The notes: generated by a model not told the origin, from the letters alone. Counted from the first letter of the stretch, positions 15,340-25,702 are shown. The stretch: 64,000 nucleotides of DNA from an uncultured Acidobacteriota bacterium (GCA_963713825.1 CAVQNG010000004.1:32001-96000); one strand, 5' to 3'. Made by a program: numbers and translations.

Positions 15340-17934
15340 ATGAACTGCTACTCGATCAACCGCAGAAACAACTCGAGCCCGGCGTTGAAGTCGGCGGTAG
15401 CCATCGTGTTCTGCCTTGTCTGGATGACCTCGGCAGCCTGCCAGAGAAAGTCAGCGGACGACACCTCTGGCGACTTTCCGACGGCTGCCATCGAGGCTCT
15501 CTTCACTCCATTCAACGACGGTAGCTCGCCGGGTGTCGCCGTAGCTGTCGTCAAAGACGGGCAGGTCGCTTTCATGGACGGTTTTGGCCTGGCCGACTTG
15601 CAATCCGGAGCTCCGATCGAGCCCCGATCACAGTTCCGCCTGGCCTCCGTCTCGAAGCAGTTCGCCGGCATGGCCATCATGCTGCTGGACGAGGAGGGTG
15701 TCCTCGACTACGACGATCCGATCACCAGCTATCTGCCGGAGCTGTCGCGAATCGGTGCGGCGGTCACGATCCGGCAGTTGCTGCAGCACACCGGTGGCCT
15801 GCCCGACTACTACGAGGCCCTGACGGCCGCCACGGGAGATGAATGGCCGACCAACGAGGACGCCGTGAAGTTCTTTGCTGAATGGGGTGAGCCCCTATTC
15901 CCGCCGGGCGAGCGATGGGAGTACAGCAACCCCGGCTACGAGATGCTCGCCGCGATCGTCGCCCGCGCCACCGGCAGCTCTTTCAGCTCGTTCATGGCCG
16001 AGAGGATCTTCGAGCCATTGGGAATGACCAACACTCTCGTCTTCGATGAGCGAGACCCTGAGATTCCGCACCGCGCCTACGGCTACTCCAAGGATGAGGA
16101 CGGCTCCTTCGGTCTCAACGACGAAGACCCACTGAACTTCTTGACGGGCTCGGGAGGAATCTACTCGACCGTGGAAGACCTCGTTGCCTGGGATCGGGCC
16201 CTCGATGGCCAGGACCTGGTGCCGAGCTCGACCCTCGACCTGGCCTTTACTCCCACTGTCTTCAGTAGTGGCGACACCTACCCGTATGGTTTCGGCTGGA
16301 CTGTCGGCTCCGACCCCGCACTGGGTACGGTCCAAATGCACTCGGGAGGCTGGGTCGGCTTCAGTACCCAGATCGTGCGCTACCCGGACGTCGATTTCAG
16401 CGTCATCCTGCTGTCCAACCTCGATACGTTTCATGGCGCCGGCTACGCCCGTCGGATTGCCGATCTGGTCTTTCCTCCCGCTCCTGTCCTGATTACGGGA
16501 GCCAGAGTCATCGACGGCACCGGCAGTCCTTCTCAGTCGGTAAGTGTTCGCGTGGAGGGAGATCGCATCGAGGCCGTCGGGCAGCTCGAGCCGCGCCCAG
16601 GCGACCTGGTCATGAATGCGGACGGCCTGGTTCTGGCGCCGGGATTCATCGACACCCACAGCCACGGCGACTCTGCCGAGCCCTCTGTTCTAGCCGCGGC
16701 CGAGGGTGCGGTCAGCCAAGGTGTGACCACTCTTGCTGGAGGGCCCGACGGCTACTCCCTGTTCCCGTTGAGCGATTTCTTCGATCGTTTGGATGCTGCC
16801 CCACCTGCAGTGAACATGCTGTCCTATGTCGGTCATGGCACATTGCGAGAGCAGGTCATGGGTGACGATTTCCGCCGGGCAGCGACCGAGGCCGAGATCG
16901 AGACCATGATAGGCCTGTTGAAACAGGAAATGGAATCCGGAGCCTGGGGATTGTCAACAGGACTGGAGTACGACCCGGGGATCTACTCCGAGACCGACGA
17001 AGTAGTAGCACTGGCTCGGGAAGCTGAATCCTACGGCGGCCGATACACGAGCCACATTCGAAGCGAGGACCGCTACTTCTGGGAAGCCATCGACGAGATT
17101 CTCACCATCGGGAGAGAGGCCGGGATTCCGGTCAACATCACGCACATCAAGCTCGCCATGCAGAGCTCCCACGGCAGGGCCGAGGAGCTGCTCCAGATCC
17201 TCGATGAAGCGCGGGCCAACGGCATCGAGGTGACGGCCGACATCTATCCCTACACCTATTGGCAGTCAACTCTGACAGTCCTGTTTCCCGAGCGCGATTT
17301 TCAGAACCTCGAAGCCGCCGAGTTCGCCGTGACAGAGATCGCCCCACCCGACGGCATGCTCATCCCTCAGTTCGCTCCCGAGCCTGCCCTCGAAGGCAAG
17401 ACCCTGGCTGAGATCGCGACGCTCAGAGGCACGGGTCCAGCCCGTACCCTGATGGATCTGATCGCCGAGGCCGAGGCTTTTCAGAAGGATAATGGGGAGG
17501 AAGATGTCGAGACCGTCATCGCAGTCAGCATGAGTGAGGAGGACATCGAGCGACTCATGCAATGGCCTTGGAGCAACATCTGCACCGACGGCGAGCTCTG
17601 GGGAGCACACCCACGGGGATTCGGGACATTTACCAGAGTGCTGGGACGCTATGTCCGTGACCGGCAGGTGCTGACTCTCGAGGACGCGATCCACAAGATG
17701 ACGGGCCTGTCTGCGACCACCCTGGGGTTGAAGGACCGTGGGCGCATCGAGCCCGGACTCATGGCTGATCTCGTGCTCTTCGATGCCGACACCGTTCTCG
17801 ACCGAGCCACTACCGATTACCCGCACGATGTCTCGCGCGGGATCGAGACGGTCTGGGTCAATGGCAGCGTGGTGTGGCACGACAGCCTTTCTACAAACCG
17901 AGCTCCTGGAAGGGCCCTGAGGCGGGCACAGTGA
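15340..17934 (+). CDS. Predicted lipoprotein fusion: beta-lactamase-family serine hydrolase + N-acyl-D-amino-acid deacylase (amidohydrolase_3)
   Basis: Lipobox-like SAAC; ASVSK (SxxK), YSN, HSGG; then PGFIDTHSH, STGLEYDPG, SHIRSE, HPRGFGTF, ADLVLFD. Confidence 0.85.
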   Translation: MNCYSINRRNNSSPALKSAVAIVFCLVWMTSAACQRKSADDTSGDFPTAAIEALFTPFNDGSSPGVAVAVVKDGQVAFMDGFGLADLQSGAPIEPRSQFRLASVSKQFAGMAIMLLDEEGVLDYDDPITSYLPELSRIGAAVTIRQLLQHTGGLPDYYEALTAATGDEWPTNEDAVKFFAEWGEPLFPPGERWEYSNPGYEMLAAIVARATGSSFSSFMAERIFEPLGMTNTLVFDERDPEIPHRAYGYSKDEDGSFGLNDEDPLNFLTGSGGIYSTVEDLVAWDRALDGQDLVPSSTLDLAFTPTVFSSGDTYPYGFGWTVGSDPALGTVQMHSGGWVGFSTQIVRYPDVDFSVILLSNLDTFHGAGYARRIADLVFPPAPVLITGARVIDGTGSPSQSVSVRVEGDRIEAVGQLEPRPGDLVMNADGLVLAPGFIDTHSHGDSAEPSVLAAAEGAVSQGVTTLAGGPDGYSLFPLSDFFDRLDAAPPAVNMLSYVGHGTLREQVMGDDFRRAATEAEIETMIGLLKQEMESGAWGLSTGLEYDPGIYSETDEVVALAREAESYGGRYTSHIRSEDRYFWEAIDEILTIGREAGIPVNITHIKLAMQSSHGRAEELLQILDEARANGIEVTADIYPYTYWQSTLTVLFPERDFQNLEAAEFAVTEIAPPDGMLIPQFAPEPALEGKTLAEIATLRGTGPARTLMDLIAEAEAFQKDNGEEDVETVIAVSMSEEDIERLMQWPWSNICTDGELWGAHPRGFGTFTRVLGRYVRDRQVLTLEDAIHKMTGLSATTLGLKDRGRIEPGLMADLVLFDADTVLDRATTDYPHDVSRGIETVWVNGSVVWHDSLSTNRAPGRALRRAQ

Positions 17935-18995
17935 TGGAGAGCGCTGTCATTCTCACCAACGGGATGCTGCAGACGCCGTTCGCCAAAACGACGCATGGCC
18001 TGGTGAGAGGACCCAGTCGTTTCGAGATTCTGGGCGTCATCGATCCACCCTTCGCGGGACAGGACGCCGGCGCCCTGCTCGATGGGCGCCCTCGGAACAT
18101 CCCGATCTTCACCTCCGTCTCCACTTGCCTGGAGGCACTGGACAGAAAGCCTGACTACTGCATCGTCGGCGTAGCCACTGTCGGTGGAGTGCTACCACAG
18201 GCCATCCGAGCGGGGTTGCTCGAGGCGGCGGCGGCGGGCCTGTCGCTGGTCAATGGACTGCACCGCCTCCTGGCGGACGACTCGGAACTGTCGGAGCTCG
18301 TAAGGCAGCACAATGCGTCGATCATCGACATTCGCAGACCCAAACCCATTGACGAGCTTCGCTTCTGGTCAGGAGAGGTTCTCAGCCTGCCGGCACTGAA
18401 AATCGCTGTCTTGGGAACCGATTGTGCGCTCGGCAAACGCACCACCTGTGAGCTTCTGAGGCAGGCCTGCCAGGAGGACGGAATCTCTGCCGAGATGATC
18501 TACACCGGCCAGACAGGGTGGCTACAAGGGACTCCCCACGGCTTCATCTTCGATGCCACACCCAACGACTTCGTCTGCGGAGAGCTGGAACGGGCCATCC
18601 TCGAGTGCCACGCAGCTACATCTCCCGACGTCATCCTCCTCGAGGGGCAGAGCGGGCTGCGGAATCCCTCAGGCCCCTGCGGATCCGAGTTGGTCCTCGC
18701 CGGCGGCAGCGACGCGGTCATCCTGCAGCATGCACCGGGACGTGAGTTCTATGAGGATTTCGAGGAGTTGGGTTGCCGGATTCCCCCGGTGAGCGAGGAG
18801 ATCGAGATGATCCGGCTCATGGGAGCCGAGGTGATGGCCGTGACCCTGAACCACGAGAACTTGGATGAGGCGCAGTTGAGGACCGAGCAGGAGAAACTCC
18901 AGGCAGAGTTGAAACTGCCCGTCATCCATCCCCTGAGGGATGGGCTGTCTGCACTGATCGGGCCGATTCGTCAGCGACTCTCAGCGAGGACATGA
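17934..18995 (+). CDS. dgcN: DUF1611 family protein (D-glutamate N-acetyltransferase DgcN-like)
   Basis: AKTTHGL, NGLH, GTDCALGKRTT, TGQTG, LEGQ; adjacent to an enolase-superfamily epimerase. Confidence 0.75.
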   Translation: MESAVILTNGMLQTPFAKTTHGLVRGPSRFEILGVIDPPFAGQDAGALLDGRPRNIPIFTSVSTCLEALDRKPDYCIVGVATVGGVLPQAIRAGLLEAAAAGLSLVNGLHRLLADDSELSELVRQHNASIIDIRRPKPIDELRFWSGEVLSLPALKIAVLGTDCALGKRTTCELLRQACQEDGISAEMIYTGQTGWLQGTPHGFIFDATPNDFVCGELERAILECHAATSPDVILLEGQSGLRNPSGPCGSELVLAGGSDAVILQHAPGREFYEDFEELGCRIPPVSEEIEMIRLMGAEVMAVTLNHENLDEAQLRTEQEKLQAELKLPVIHPLRDGLSALIGPIRQRLSART

Positions 18996-18998
18996 GAC

Positions 18999-20084
18999 AT
19001 GAAGATCGAGACGATTCAGACCTGGAAAGAGACGATCGAGTTGACGCGGCCCTATGCGATCTCCAGTCGGTCGATGTCGGCCGTCGATCTCTTCTTCGTG
19101 CGCATTCTGACCGACAGCGGCCACGAAGGGGTCGGATCGGGCTCTCCCGCCGAAGAGGTCACGGGCGAGTCTCCTGAGAGCACTGCCGTCGCTCTCGGAG
19201 AGATGGCCGATGGCCTACTGATCGGCGAGGATCCTCGACACCTCGGCACCCTCTGCCGCCGTCTCCGCGACAAGCTCAGCGCCACCCCGGCGGCCCATGC
19301 GGCCCTGGACATGGCGCTCCACGATCTGTTCTGCAGGATCATGGACGTTCCTCTGGTGGATCTGCTTGGCCGCTCTCACACCTCCCTGCCCACCTCGATC
19401 ACCATCGGCATCAAGTCGGTCGAAGAGTCTCTAGCCGAGGCCGACGAGTACCTGGAACGGGGCTTCCGCAGCCTCAAGGTCAAGGTCGGACGCTCCATCG
19501 ACGAGGAGATCGAAATGCTGCATCGACTGCGCGAGAGAGTCGGGCAGGATATCGAGATCCGCGTCGATGCCAACCAGGGCTATGGCTTGGAGGAGACGAA
19601 TCAGCTCTGGCAGCAGCAGGAAGTGCTCCGGCTCGAGCTCATCGAGCAGCCGCTGCCGGCAGAGACTCTGATCGACCTACGGTCGCTGTCGCAAGATCTC
19701 CGCCAGCTGGTGGCTGCCGATGAAAGCCTGCACGATGCCGGCGACGCGGCGACCCTGGCACATCCACCGGCGGTTTGCGGCATACTCAACATCAAGCTCA
19801 TGAAGTGTGGAGGCGTTTCCCCTGCCCTCGCCATCGGACAGGTCGCCGAAGCGACAGGTCTCGAGCTCATGTGGGGCTGCATGGACGAGAGCGTCATCAG
19901 CATCTCGGCAGCTCTGCATGCGGCCTTCGCCTGTCCTCAGACCCGCTACCTGGATCTGGATGGCAGCCTCGACCTGGCGAAAGACCCCGCGCAGGGCGGC
20001 TTCACACTCGAAGACGGCGAGCTGCGCACCCTGGACAGGCCTGGATTGGGTGTGACCCTGGGGCCGCCAAGTAGAATGCCCTGA
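18999..20084 (+). CDS. Enolase-superfamily dipeptide epimerase / N-acetyl-D-Glu racemase (DgcA-like)
   Basis: KVKVG, RVDANQG, IEQP, ADES, NIKLMKCGG, DLDG. Confidence 0.85.
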   Translation: MKIETIQTWKETIELTRPYAISSRSMSAVDLFFVRILTDSGHEGVGSGSPAEEVTGESPESTAVALGEMADGLLIGEDPRHLGTLCRRLRDKLSATPAAHAALDMALHDLFCRIMDVPLVDLLGRSHTSLPTSITIGIKSVEESLAEADEYLERGFRSLKVKVGRSIDEEIEMLHRLRERVGQDIEIRVDANQGYGLEETNQLWQQQEVLRLELIEQPLPAETLIDLRSLSQDLRQLVAADESLHDAGDAATLAHPPAVCGILNIKLMKCGGVSPALAIGQVAEATGLELMWGCMDESVISISAALHAAFACPQTRYLDLDGSLDLAKDPAQGGFTLEDGELRTLDRPGLGVTLGPPSRMP

Positions 20085-20108
20085 CTTCTCAGGAAAGAAG
20101 GAGCCCCC

Positions 20109-21587
20109 GTGGCAGAGACCAACACCAGCCCAAACGAATCTGAATCCAAGCCCGAGCGGACTCGTTTCCGGAAGATTATCGCCTGGACGTTTATCGCCCT
20201 TCGCGTCCTCGGAGTCTTCTCTGCGGTCGACGCGGTCATGTCGAACCGCACCGCTACGGGAGCCGTCGCCTGGTCCCTCAGTCTGGTGACTGTCCCCATC
20301 GTCGCCCTACCGGCATATTGGGTCTTTGGGCGCAGCAAGTTCGAGGGCTATCTCGAAGCCCGAAGGGAGAACCAGGAGGAGATCGACGAGCTCATCGACG
20401 AGATCCATTCCAACCTGGACTCCTCCGCCTACGAGTTCGAAGCAGCCAACCCGGCCTACGATGCCCTCCGCGAGCTTTCGAGATTTCGGATGACCCACGG
20501 CAACAAGGTCGAGTTGTTGGTCGACGGAGAAGCGACTTTCGACAGCATCATCGAAGGGATCGGCCAAGCCGAGGATTATGTGCTCGTCCAGTTCTACATC
20601 GTGCACGACGACGGGCTGGGACGTCGCCTGAAGGACGCCATGATCGAACGGGCGTTGGCGGATGTGGATGTGTTCTTCCTCTATGACGAAGTCGGCAGCT
20701 CCAAGCTGACGGATGAGTATCAGGACGATTTACGAGCGGCCGGGGTCAAGGTGTCGAATTTCAATACCACCCAGGGCCGTCGCAACAAGTTCCAATTGAA
20801 CTTTCGCAACCACCGGAAAGTCGTGGTTGTCGATGGCAAGACAGCCTGGATCGGTGGCCACAACGTCGGCGACGAGTACCTCGGCCTCGATCCGGAGTTC
20901 AGTCCCTGGCGCGATACGCACGTTCGTCTGGATGGGCCCGTCGCGATGCACGCGCAGGCGTGGGTGGCTTCAGACTGGTACTGGGCGCAGCGTGAGCTTC
21001 TCGATCTGAACTGGGTGCCCGAACTGGTTCCGGACTCCGACGTAAACGCCATGGTCCTTGCCACCGGGCCCGCGGACCCACTCGAGACGGCCGGGATGTT
21101 CTTCGTGCATGCACTGAGCTCGGCGAAGGACCGTATCTGGATCACAGCACCCTATTTCGTTCCCGATGACGCGATCGTCAAGGCGTTGATGCTCGCGACC
21201 CTACGTGGTGTCGATGTTCGGATCCTGGTCCCCGCCAAGGGCGACAGCGTGCCTGTACAAATGGCTTCGTACTACTTCATGGACCTGCTGGCAGGGTCGG
21301 AGGTGAAGTTCTGCGAATGGGGTCCCGGATTCATGCACCAAAAAGTCATGCTCGTCGACCAGAAGTCGTCGGTGATCGGCACCCACAACTTCGACAACCG
21401 GTCGTTTCGACTGAACTTCGAGATCGCCGCAGTGATCCACGATGAGGAGTTCAACGACGAACTGGAAGCAATGTTCAATGACGACTTTCGCCAGTGCAAG
21501 CCAATCGACCCAGCGACTTTCGCAGACAACCCCTGGTACTGGCACTTCGGTGTGAACCTGTCGCGCCTGTTGGCGCCGATCCTCTAG
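20109..21587 (+). CDS. cls: Cardiolipin synthase
   Basis: Two N-terminal TM helices; two HKD motifs (RNHRKVVVVDG, MHQKVMLVD); NFDNRSFRLNFE. Confidence 0.92.
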   Translation: MAETNTSPNESESKPERTRFRKIIAWTFIALRVLGVFSAVDAVMSNRTATGAVAWSLSLVTVPIVALPAYWVFGRSKFEGYLEARRENQEEIDELIDEIHSNLDSSAYEFEAANPAYDALRELSRFRMTHGNKVELLVDGEATFDSIIEGIGQAEDYVLVQFYIVHDDGLGRRLKDAMIERALADVDVFFLYDEVGSSKLTDEYQDDLRAAGVKVSNFNTTQGRRNKFQLNFRNHRKVVVVDGKTAWIGGHNVGDEYLGLDPEFSPWRDTHVRLDGPVAMHAQAWVASDWYWAQRELLDLNWVPELVPDSDVNAMVLATGPADPLETAGMFFVHALSSAKDRIWITAPYFVPDDAIVKALMLATLRGVDVRILVPAKGDSVPVQMASYYFMDLLAGSEVKFCEWGPGFMHQKVMLVDQKSSVIGTHNFDNRSFRLNFEIAAVIHDEEFNDELEAMFNDDFRQCKPIDPATFADNPWYWHFGVNLSRLLAPIL

Positions 21588-21602
21588 TCCTGTCGACGGC
21601 TC

Positions 21603-23021
21603 ATGACTGATCCCGGCTGGTACTCCATCCTGCCTCCGATCCTGGCGATCGTTCTGGCCATCTGGAGCAAGCAGGTCATCCCGTCACTATTTGCCGGCAT
21701 CTGGACGGGCTTCACCCTGCTCAGTGGGTTCAACCCCATCATCGGTGCGACCGAGAGTCTAGAGGGAATCGTCCATGTGTTTACCGATCCGGGAGACACG
21801 CGTGTCCTGATCTTCACGCTGCTCATCGGGTCGATGATCGCCACGATCGAGTTTTCGGGCGGCGTGCGGGGCTTCGTGCACTTTCTCGAGACCCGACGCT
21901 GGGTCCACACCGGCAAGCGGGCCCAGATCCTCGCCTGGGTCACTGGGATCATCATCTTCATCGAATCCAACATCACATTGCTTGTGGCGGGCTCCGTCTG
22001 CAGGCCTCTGTTCGATCGCTACAAGATCTCACGCGAGAAGCTGGCCTATCTCATCGATGCAACCTCCGCTCCGGTCTGCATCATGATTCCGCTCAACGCA
22101 TGGGGTGCGATCATTATCGGCCTTGTCGCCTCGACCGGCGTGGACAATCCACTCGAGACGTTCATCGCGTCGATTCCCTACAACCTCTATTCGATCGTCG
22201 CGATCCTGCTGGCAGCGGTCGTCATTTGGAAGGACCTGAATATCGGCCCCATGAGGGCGGCCGAAGAACGAACGCGCGGCGGCCGGCTCTTGTGGCCAGA
22301 CGCCACGCCTCTGGTGGATACGTCTGCAGAGGTGAGCCCGGAGGGTGAGAGACCAGAAGATATTCCGTCCGCAGCCTACATGGTGCTACCGATCCTGGTC
22401 ATGATCCTGATGATGCCGGTTTCTCTCTACATCACCGGGGATGGCGACATCATCGAGGGCTCAGGGTCCATCTCCGTCCTTTGGTCTGTCAGCGCCGCGG
22501 TGGTGACGACCTGGATCATGCTTCTCGCAGGCCGCAAGGCCTCGCTGTACGACCTGATGCGGATGTTCATGAAAGGCGCCAAGGACCTTCTGCCGATAGC
22601 GACGATTCTGCTGCTGGCTCTGGCCCTGGGCGATGTCGCCCAGCTGCTCGGAACCGGGCAATACGTAGCCGGCATCGCGAGTGCCACCGTTCCCCAGTTC
22701 CTGCTGGCGCCGCTCGTCTTTCTCGTCTCAGCCTTTATCGCCTTCTCCGTCGGTTCGAGCTGGGGGACTTTCGCGATCATGATCCCAATCGCGATTCCGA
22801 TTGCGACGACGCTCGGCCTACCCGTTCCGCTCTTGCTGGGAGCCGCGACATCCGGCGCGATCTTTGGCGACCACGCATCGCCGATCAGTGACACGACGGT
22901 CGTCGCTTCGATGGCTTCGGCTACCGATCACATCGATCACGTGCGCACGCAGCTGCCCTATGCGCTGCTCGCCGCTGGCATCGCCACCACCGGTTTCCTG
23001 ATTCTCAGTCTTATCGGGTAG
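21603..23021 (+). CDS. NhaC family Na+/H+ antiporter / amino-acid transporter
   Basis: SILPPILAI, SREKLAYLIDATSAP, GSSWGTF, GDHASPISDTT, HVRTQLPYA. Confidence 0.9.
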   Translation: MTDPGWYSILPPILAIVLAIWSKQVIPSLFAGIWTGFTLLSGFNPIIGATESLEGIVHVFTDPGDTRVLIFTLLIGSMIATIEFSGGVRGFVHFLETRRWVHTGKRAQILAWVTGIIIFIESNITLLVAGSVCRPLFDRYKISREKLAYLIDATSAPVCIMIPLNAWGAIIIGLVASTGVDNPLETFIASIPYNLYSIVAILLAAVVIWKDLNIGPMRAAEERTRGGRLLWPDATPLVDTSAEVSPEGERPEDIPSAAYMVLPILVMILMMPVSLYITGDGDIIEGSGSISVLWSVSAAVVTTWIMLLAGRKASLYDLMRMFMKGAKDLLPIATILLLALALGDVAQLLGTGQYVAGIASATVPQFLLAPLVFLVSAFIAFSVGSSWGTFAIMIPIAIPIATTLGLPVPLLLGAATSGAIFGDHASPISDTTVVASMASATDHIDHVRTQLPYALLAAGIATTGFLILSLIG

Positions 23022-23052
23022 GTCCGCAGGACCCTAGCGCATCTGCCGCGGT

Positions 23053-23994
23053 CTAGCTGAGCTCGCGAGCGATCTCTCTGGCTTCTTCTTCGGTGTCGAT
23101 GTCCTTGGCCATGGAAAGGGCGTGCATGAGGGGCAGGCGGCCCTTACGATCAGGGTACTTCCTGCGGTGCTTGAAAGAGACGAAGATGCGGCGCAACCGC
23201 TCTGCCATCTCGTCGGAGGTGACCACCCCATCCTGCAGATGGAAGCCCATCATGACCCCATTGGTGATCACAGTCGCAGTGAGATCCGGCAATCGAAACG
23301 CGAAGATGTGCTTGATGTCCTGCACGACCAGACCAAGGAGGATATGAGTGGCAATCAGCCACAATCGGTAAAGCACGCCACGATTACGGCTGCGATAGGC
23401 CAGGTCGAAGGTGCGGTAGACAAGGGGCAATCGAATGGCATTGGTGTCGGCCAGGACAAAGTGACCCGGAAGCAGGATCGTAGGCTCGGACTCGGGTGTC
23501 GGCTGTACCTGGTACTTGGGCTTCCAGGCCGAGGCCCCCATCTCGGTCGGTCGTTCAGGAGCGAGGATCAAGGGCGCCCAGAAGTCCAGCGGAGCATGCT
23601 GATAGTAGTCCTCCATCAGTCGCCGCAGCTCATCGCCTTCCGGCAGAATGTCACAAGTCGTAACCGCCACTATGCCGCCCGGGGAGAGGGGTGCGACGGC
23701 GGTCACAGCAACTTCGATGTTCTTGCCAAACGTGGAGTTGGTGTCGATGACCCGCGCTCCACTGCGAGATTCACCATAGACCCGAGCTGGGCCAGCGATG
23801 TACACCGGGTCGAAGCAGCCGCTCTCTTCGACCCGCTCGAGAAGCAGGTCGATGATCGGACGACCACCGATCCTCAGGTCCATGCCCTTGGCGCCCTTGA
23901 TCGGATGCAGGTCCGCTCCCGCTTCCGGCAGCGCCGCCGGCTCCGGATCGCTCCCAGCCAGAATGATCAGTGGTATGGGGTCATGCTTCGCCAT
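23053..23994 (-). CDS. Hypothetical protein, MobA-like nucleotidyltransferase fold
   Basis: IILAG at the N-terminus, TCD, C-terminal KDIDT; start placed at ATG 23994. Confidence 0.5.
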   Translation of the reverse strand: MAKHDPIPLIILAGSDPEPAALPEAGADLHPIKGAKGMDLRIGGRPIIDLLLERVEESGCFDPVYIAGPARVYGESRSGARVIDTNSTFGKNIEVAVTAVAPLSPGGIVAVTTCDILPEGDELRRLMEDYYQHAPLDFWAPLILAPERPTEMGASAWKPKYQVQPTPESEPTILLPGHFVLADTNAIRLPLVYRTFDLAYRSRNRGVLYRLWLIATHILLGLVVQDIKHIFAFRLPDLTATVITNGVMMGFHLQDGVVTSDEMAERLRRIFVSFKHRRKYPDRKGRLPLMHALSMAKDIDTEEEAREIARELS

Positions 23995-24177
23995 TGCAAC
24001 TCCAACGCCCATCAGGTCGAGATGAAGATTGTACCCAACCGGTTGGCGCTCACCGAATCTGTTCCCATTCACCTCTATCGTAGCCCGGCAACATCGATAG
24101 GTGCCACCGTCGTCACCTCGACTCCTGGCCGAGCTGCTAGAGTTTCGGGCTAGCTCGCGCCACACCGCCCCGAGATC

Positions 24178-24945
24178 ATGAACAGCCCATCTCCCTCGCC
24201 CCCTGTAAAACAACGCTTCGGCCCCGCCTGGGCGGCCGCAGTGACCGTGATCGCGGTCGTCGCCATCCTGGTCGGCGCCGGACTCTACGTCTTTCGATCG
24301 ATTCGAGAGCTGCCGAGCGAGGCCGCCAGGGGCACACTCAGGGCGATCGAAGAGATCAAGGAAGTCGCGGCGGCCTTTCGCCAGGGAACGATCCAGACGG
24401 AATTCACCAGCTACGCGACCACCGTTACTGGCAGCAACTATCTTCAATTCGCCACGCTGCGGCAGACCGAGGTGTTCACCCGCACAGACAAGAGCGCGGT
24501 TCTCTGGGGAGGCCTTGAACTACCCGAAGTGGTCGTCTCGGCGACGGCTCCCGTCGTCTACACCACCTATCTCGATTTCAACGAGGAGTGGCATTTCACT
24601 TCGACGGGTCAGACCCTCGAGGTCGTGGCACCGCCGATTCGCTTCAATCTACCCGCCATCGACGCTTCCCAGATTCGCTATGAGGTTCGACAGGGAAGCC
24701 TGCTTCGCAACGAGGATGAATCGCTCGAGGATCTCAAACGGAGTCTTACCCAGATGTCCATCCGCCGGTCGCGCGATCACCTGCCGCTGGTGCGGGAGGT
24801 TGGGCGGCGCAAGACGCAGGAGTTCGTCGAGAATTGGCTCGCACAGAGCTTTGGCGATGGACTGGACTACTACGTGCGGGTCGTCTTCGCCGACGAGGTC
24901 GAGCCGGCCGACGATCGGGGTCTTCGACTCCCTGAAGGACCCTGA
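24178..24945 (+). CDS. Membrane-anchored hypothetical protein (DUF4230-like)
   Basis: Single N-terminal TM helix, then a soluble domain with LEVVAPP..PAID. Confidence 0.55.
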   Translation: MNSPSPSPPVKQRFGPAWAAAVTVIAVVAILVGAGLYVFRSIRELPSEAARGTLRAIEEIKEVAAAFRQGTIQTEFTSYATTVTGSNYLQFATLRQTEVFTRTDKSAVLWGGLELPEVVVSATAPVVYTTYLDFNEEWHFTSTGQTLEVVAPPIRFNLPAIDASQIRYEVRQGSLLRNEDESLEDLKRSLTQMSIRRSRDHLPLVREVGRRKTQEFVENWLAQSFGDGLDYYVRVVFADEVEPADDRGLRLPEGP

Positions 24946-24952
24946 ACCAACC

Positions 24953-25702
24953 TCAAGACAGCTCGAATTCTGCGATCAGGGGCCGATGGTCGCTGGCCAC
25001 TCGAGCCGCCGCGTGTTGGCACCGGTAGGCCCACAGCAACCGCAGTCCACCGCGGTAGTAGATCCGATCCAATCCACCCCGCGGCGAGATCGAGGGATAG
25101 GTCTTGATCGCTCGCGGGCCTCGTTGGGTCTGGTGGTCTGAGGCACAATGGAACCTCAACGCTTCGATGAAGAAGACCCGGAGCAGCGACCGCCAGTCGT
25201 TGAAGTCCCCTCCCAGGATGCACGACGTTTCCGGTTCCATCTTGGCGATCTCTTGGGAGCGGGAGAGAATGCCGGCCTGGCGCTCGCGCTCCCTGGCCGA
25301 CAGCCCGAGATGGAGATTGAACACCTCCAGCCGGTGAGTGTGCCCCGTCATCTTCTCCACCAGGATCGAGGTGTGCTGGCAGCCTCGTCGCTTGCGATTG
25401 CCGACTGTCAGATCGATGTTTCGCTCGCGCTGGATTGGGTACCGGCTCAGGGTCGCATTGCCGTACCAGCCCTTGCGTAAGCTGACGTTGTGGCCGATCG
25501 CCCAATAGGGATAGCCCAGACGCTCCGCCAGGTTCTCTGCCAGGTGCAGCTCTCTCGATCGAGGCACCCCCTCGTCCACCTCCTGCAATAGAACGATGTC
25601 GGGATCATGATCCGCCAGGATCTCGGCGATGCGATCCGGTCGGAAACGGCGGTCGACACCAATCGCCCGATGGATGTTGTAGGTGGCAAGGCGTAGCCTC
25701 AT
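24953..25702 (-). CDS. Endonuclease/exonuclease/phosphatase (EEP) family protein, YbhP-like
   Basis: TYNIH, LQEVD, GNATLSR, NLHL, GDFNDW, LDRIY, ASDH. Confidence 0.9.
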   Translation of the reverse strand: MRLRLATYNIHRAIGVDRRFRPDRIAEILADHDPDIVLLQEVDEGVPRSRELHLAENLAERLGYPYWAIGHNVSLRKGWYGNATLSRYPIQRERNIDLTVGNRKRRGCQHTSILVEKMTGHTHRLEVFNLHLGLSARERERQAGILSRSQEIAKMEPETSCILGGDFNDWRSLLRVFFIEALRFHCASDHQTQRGPRAIKTYPSISPRGGLDRIYYRGGLRLLWAYRCQHAAARVASDHRPLIAEFELS

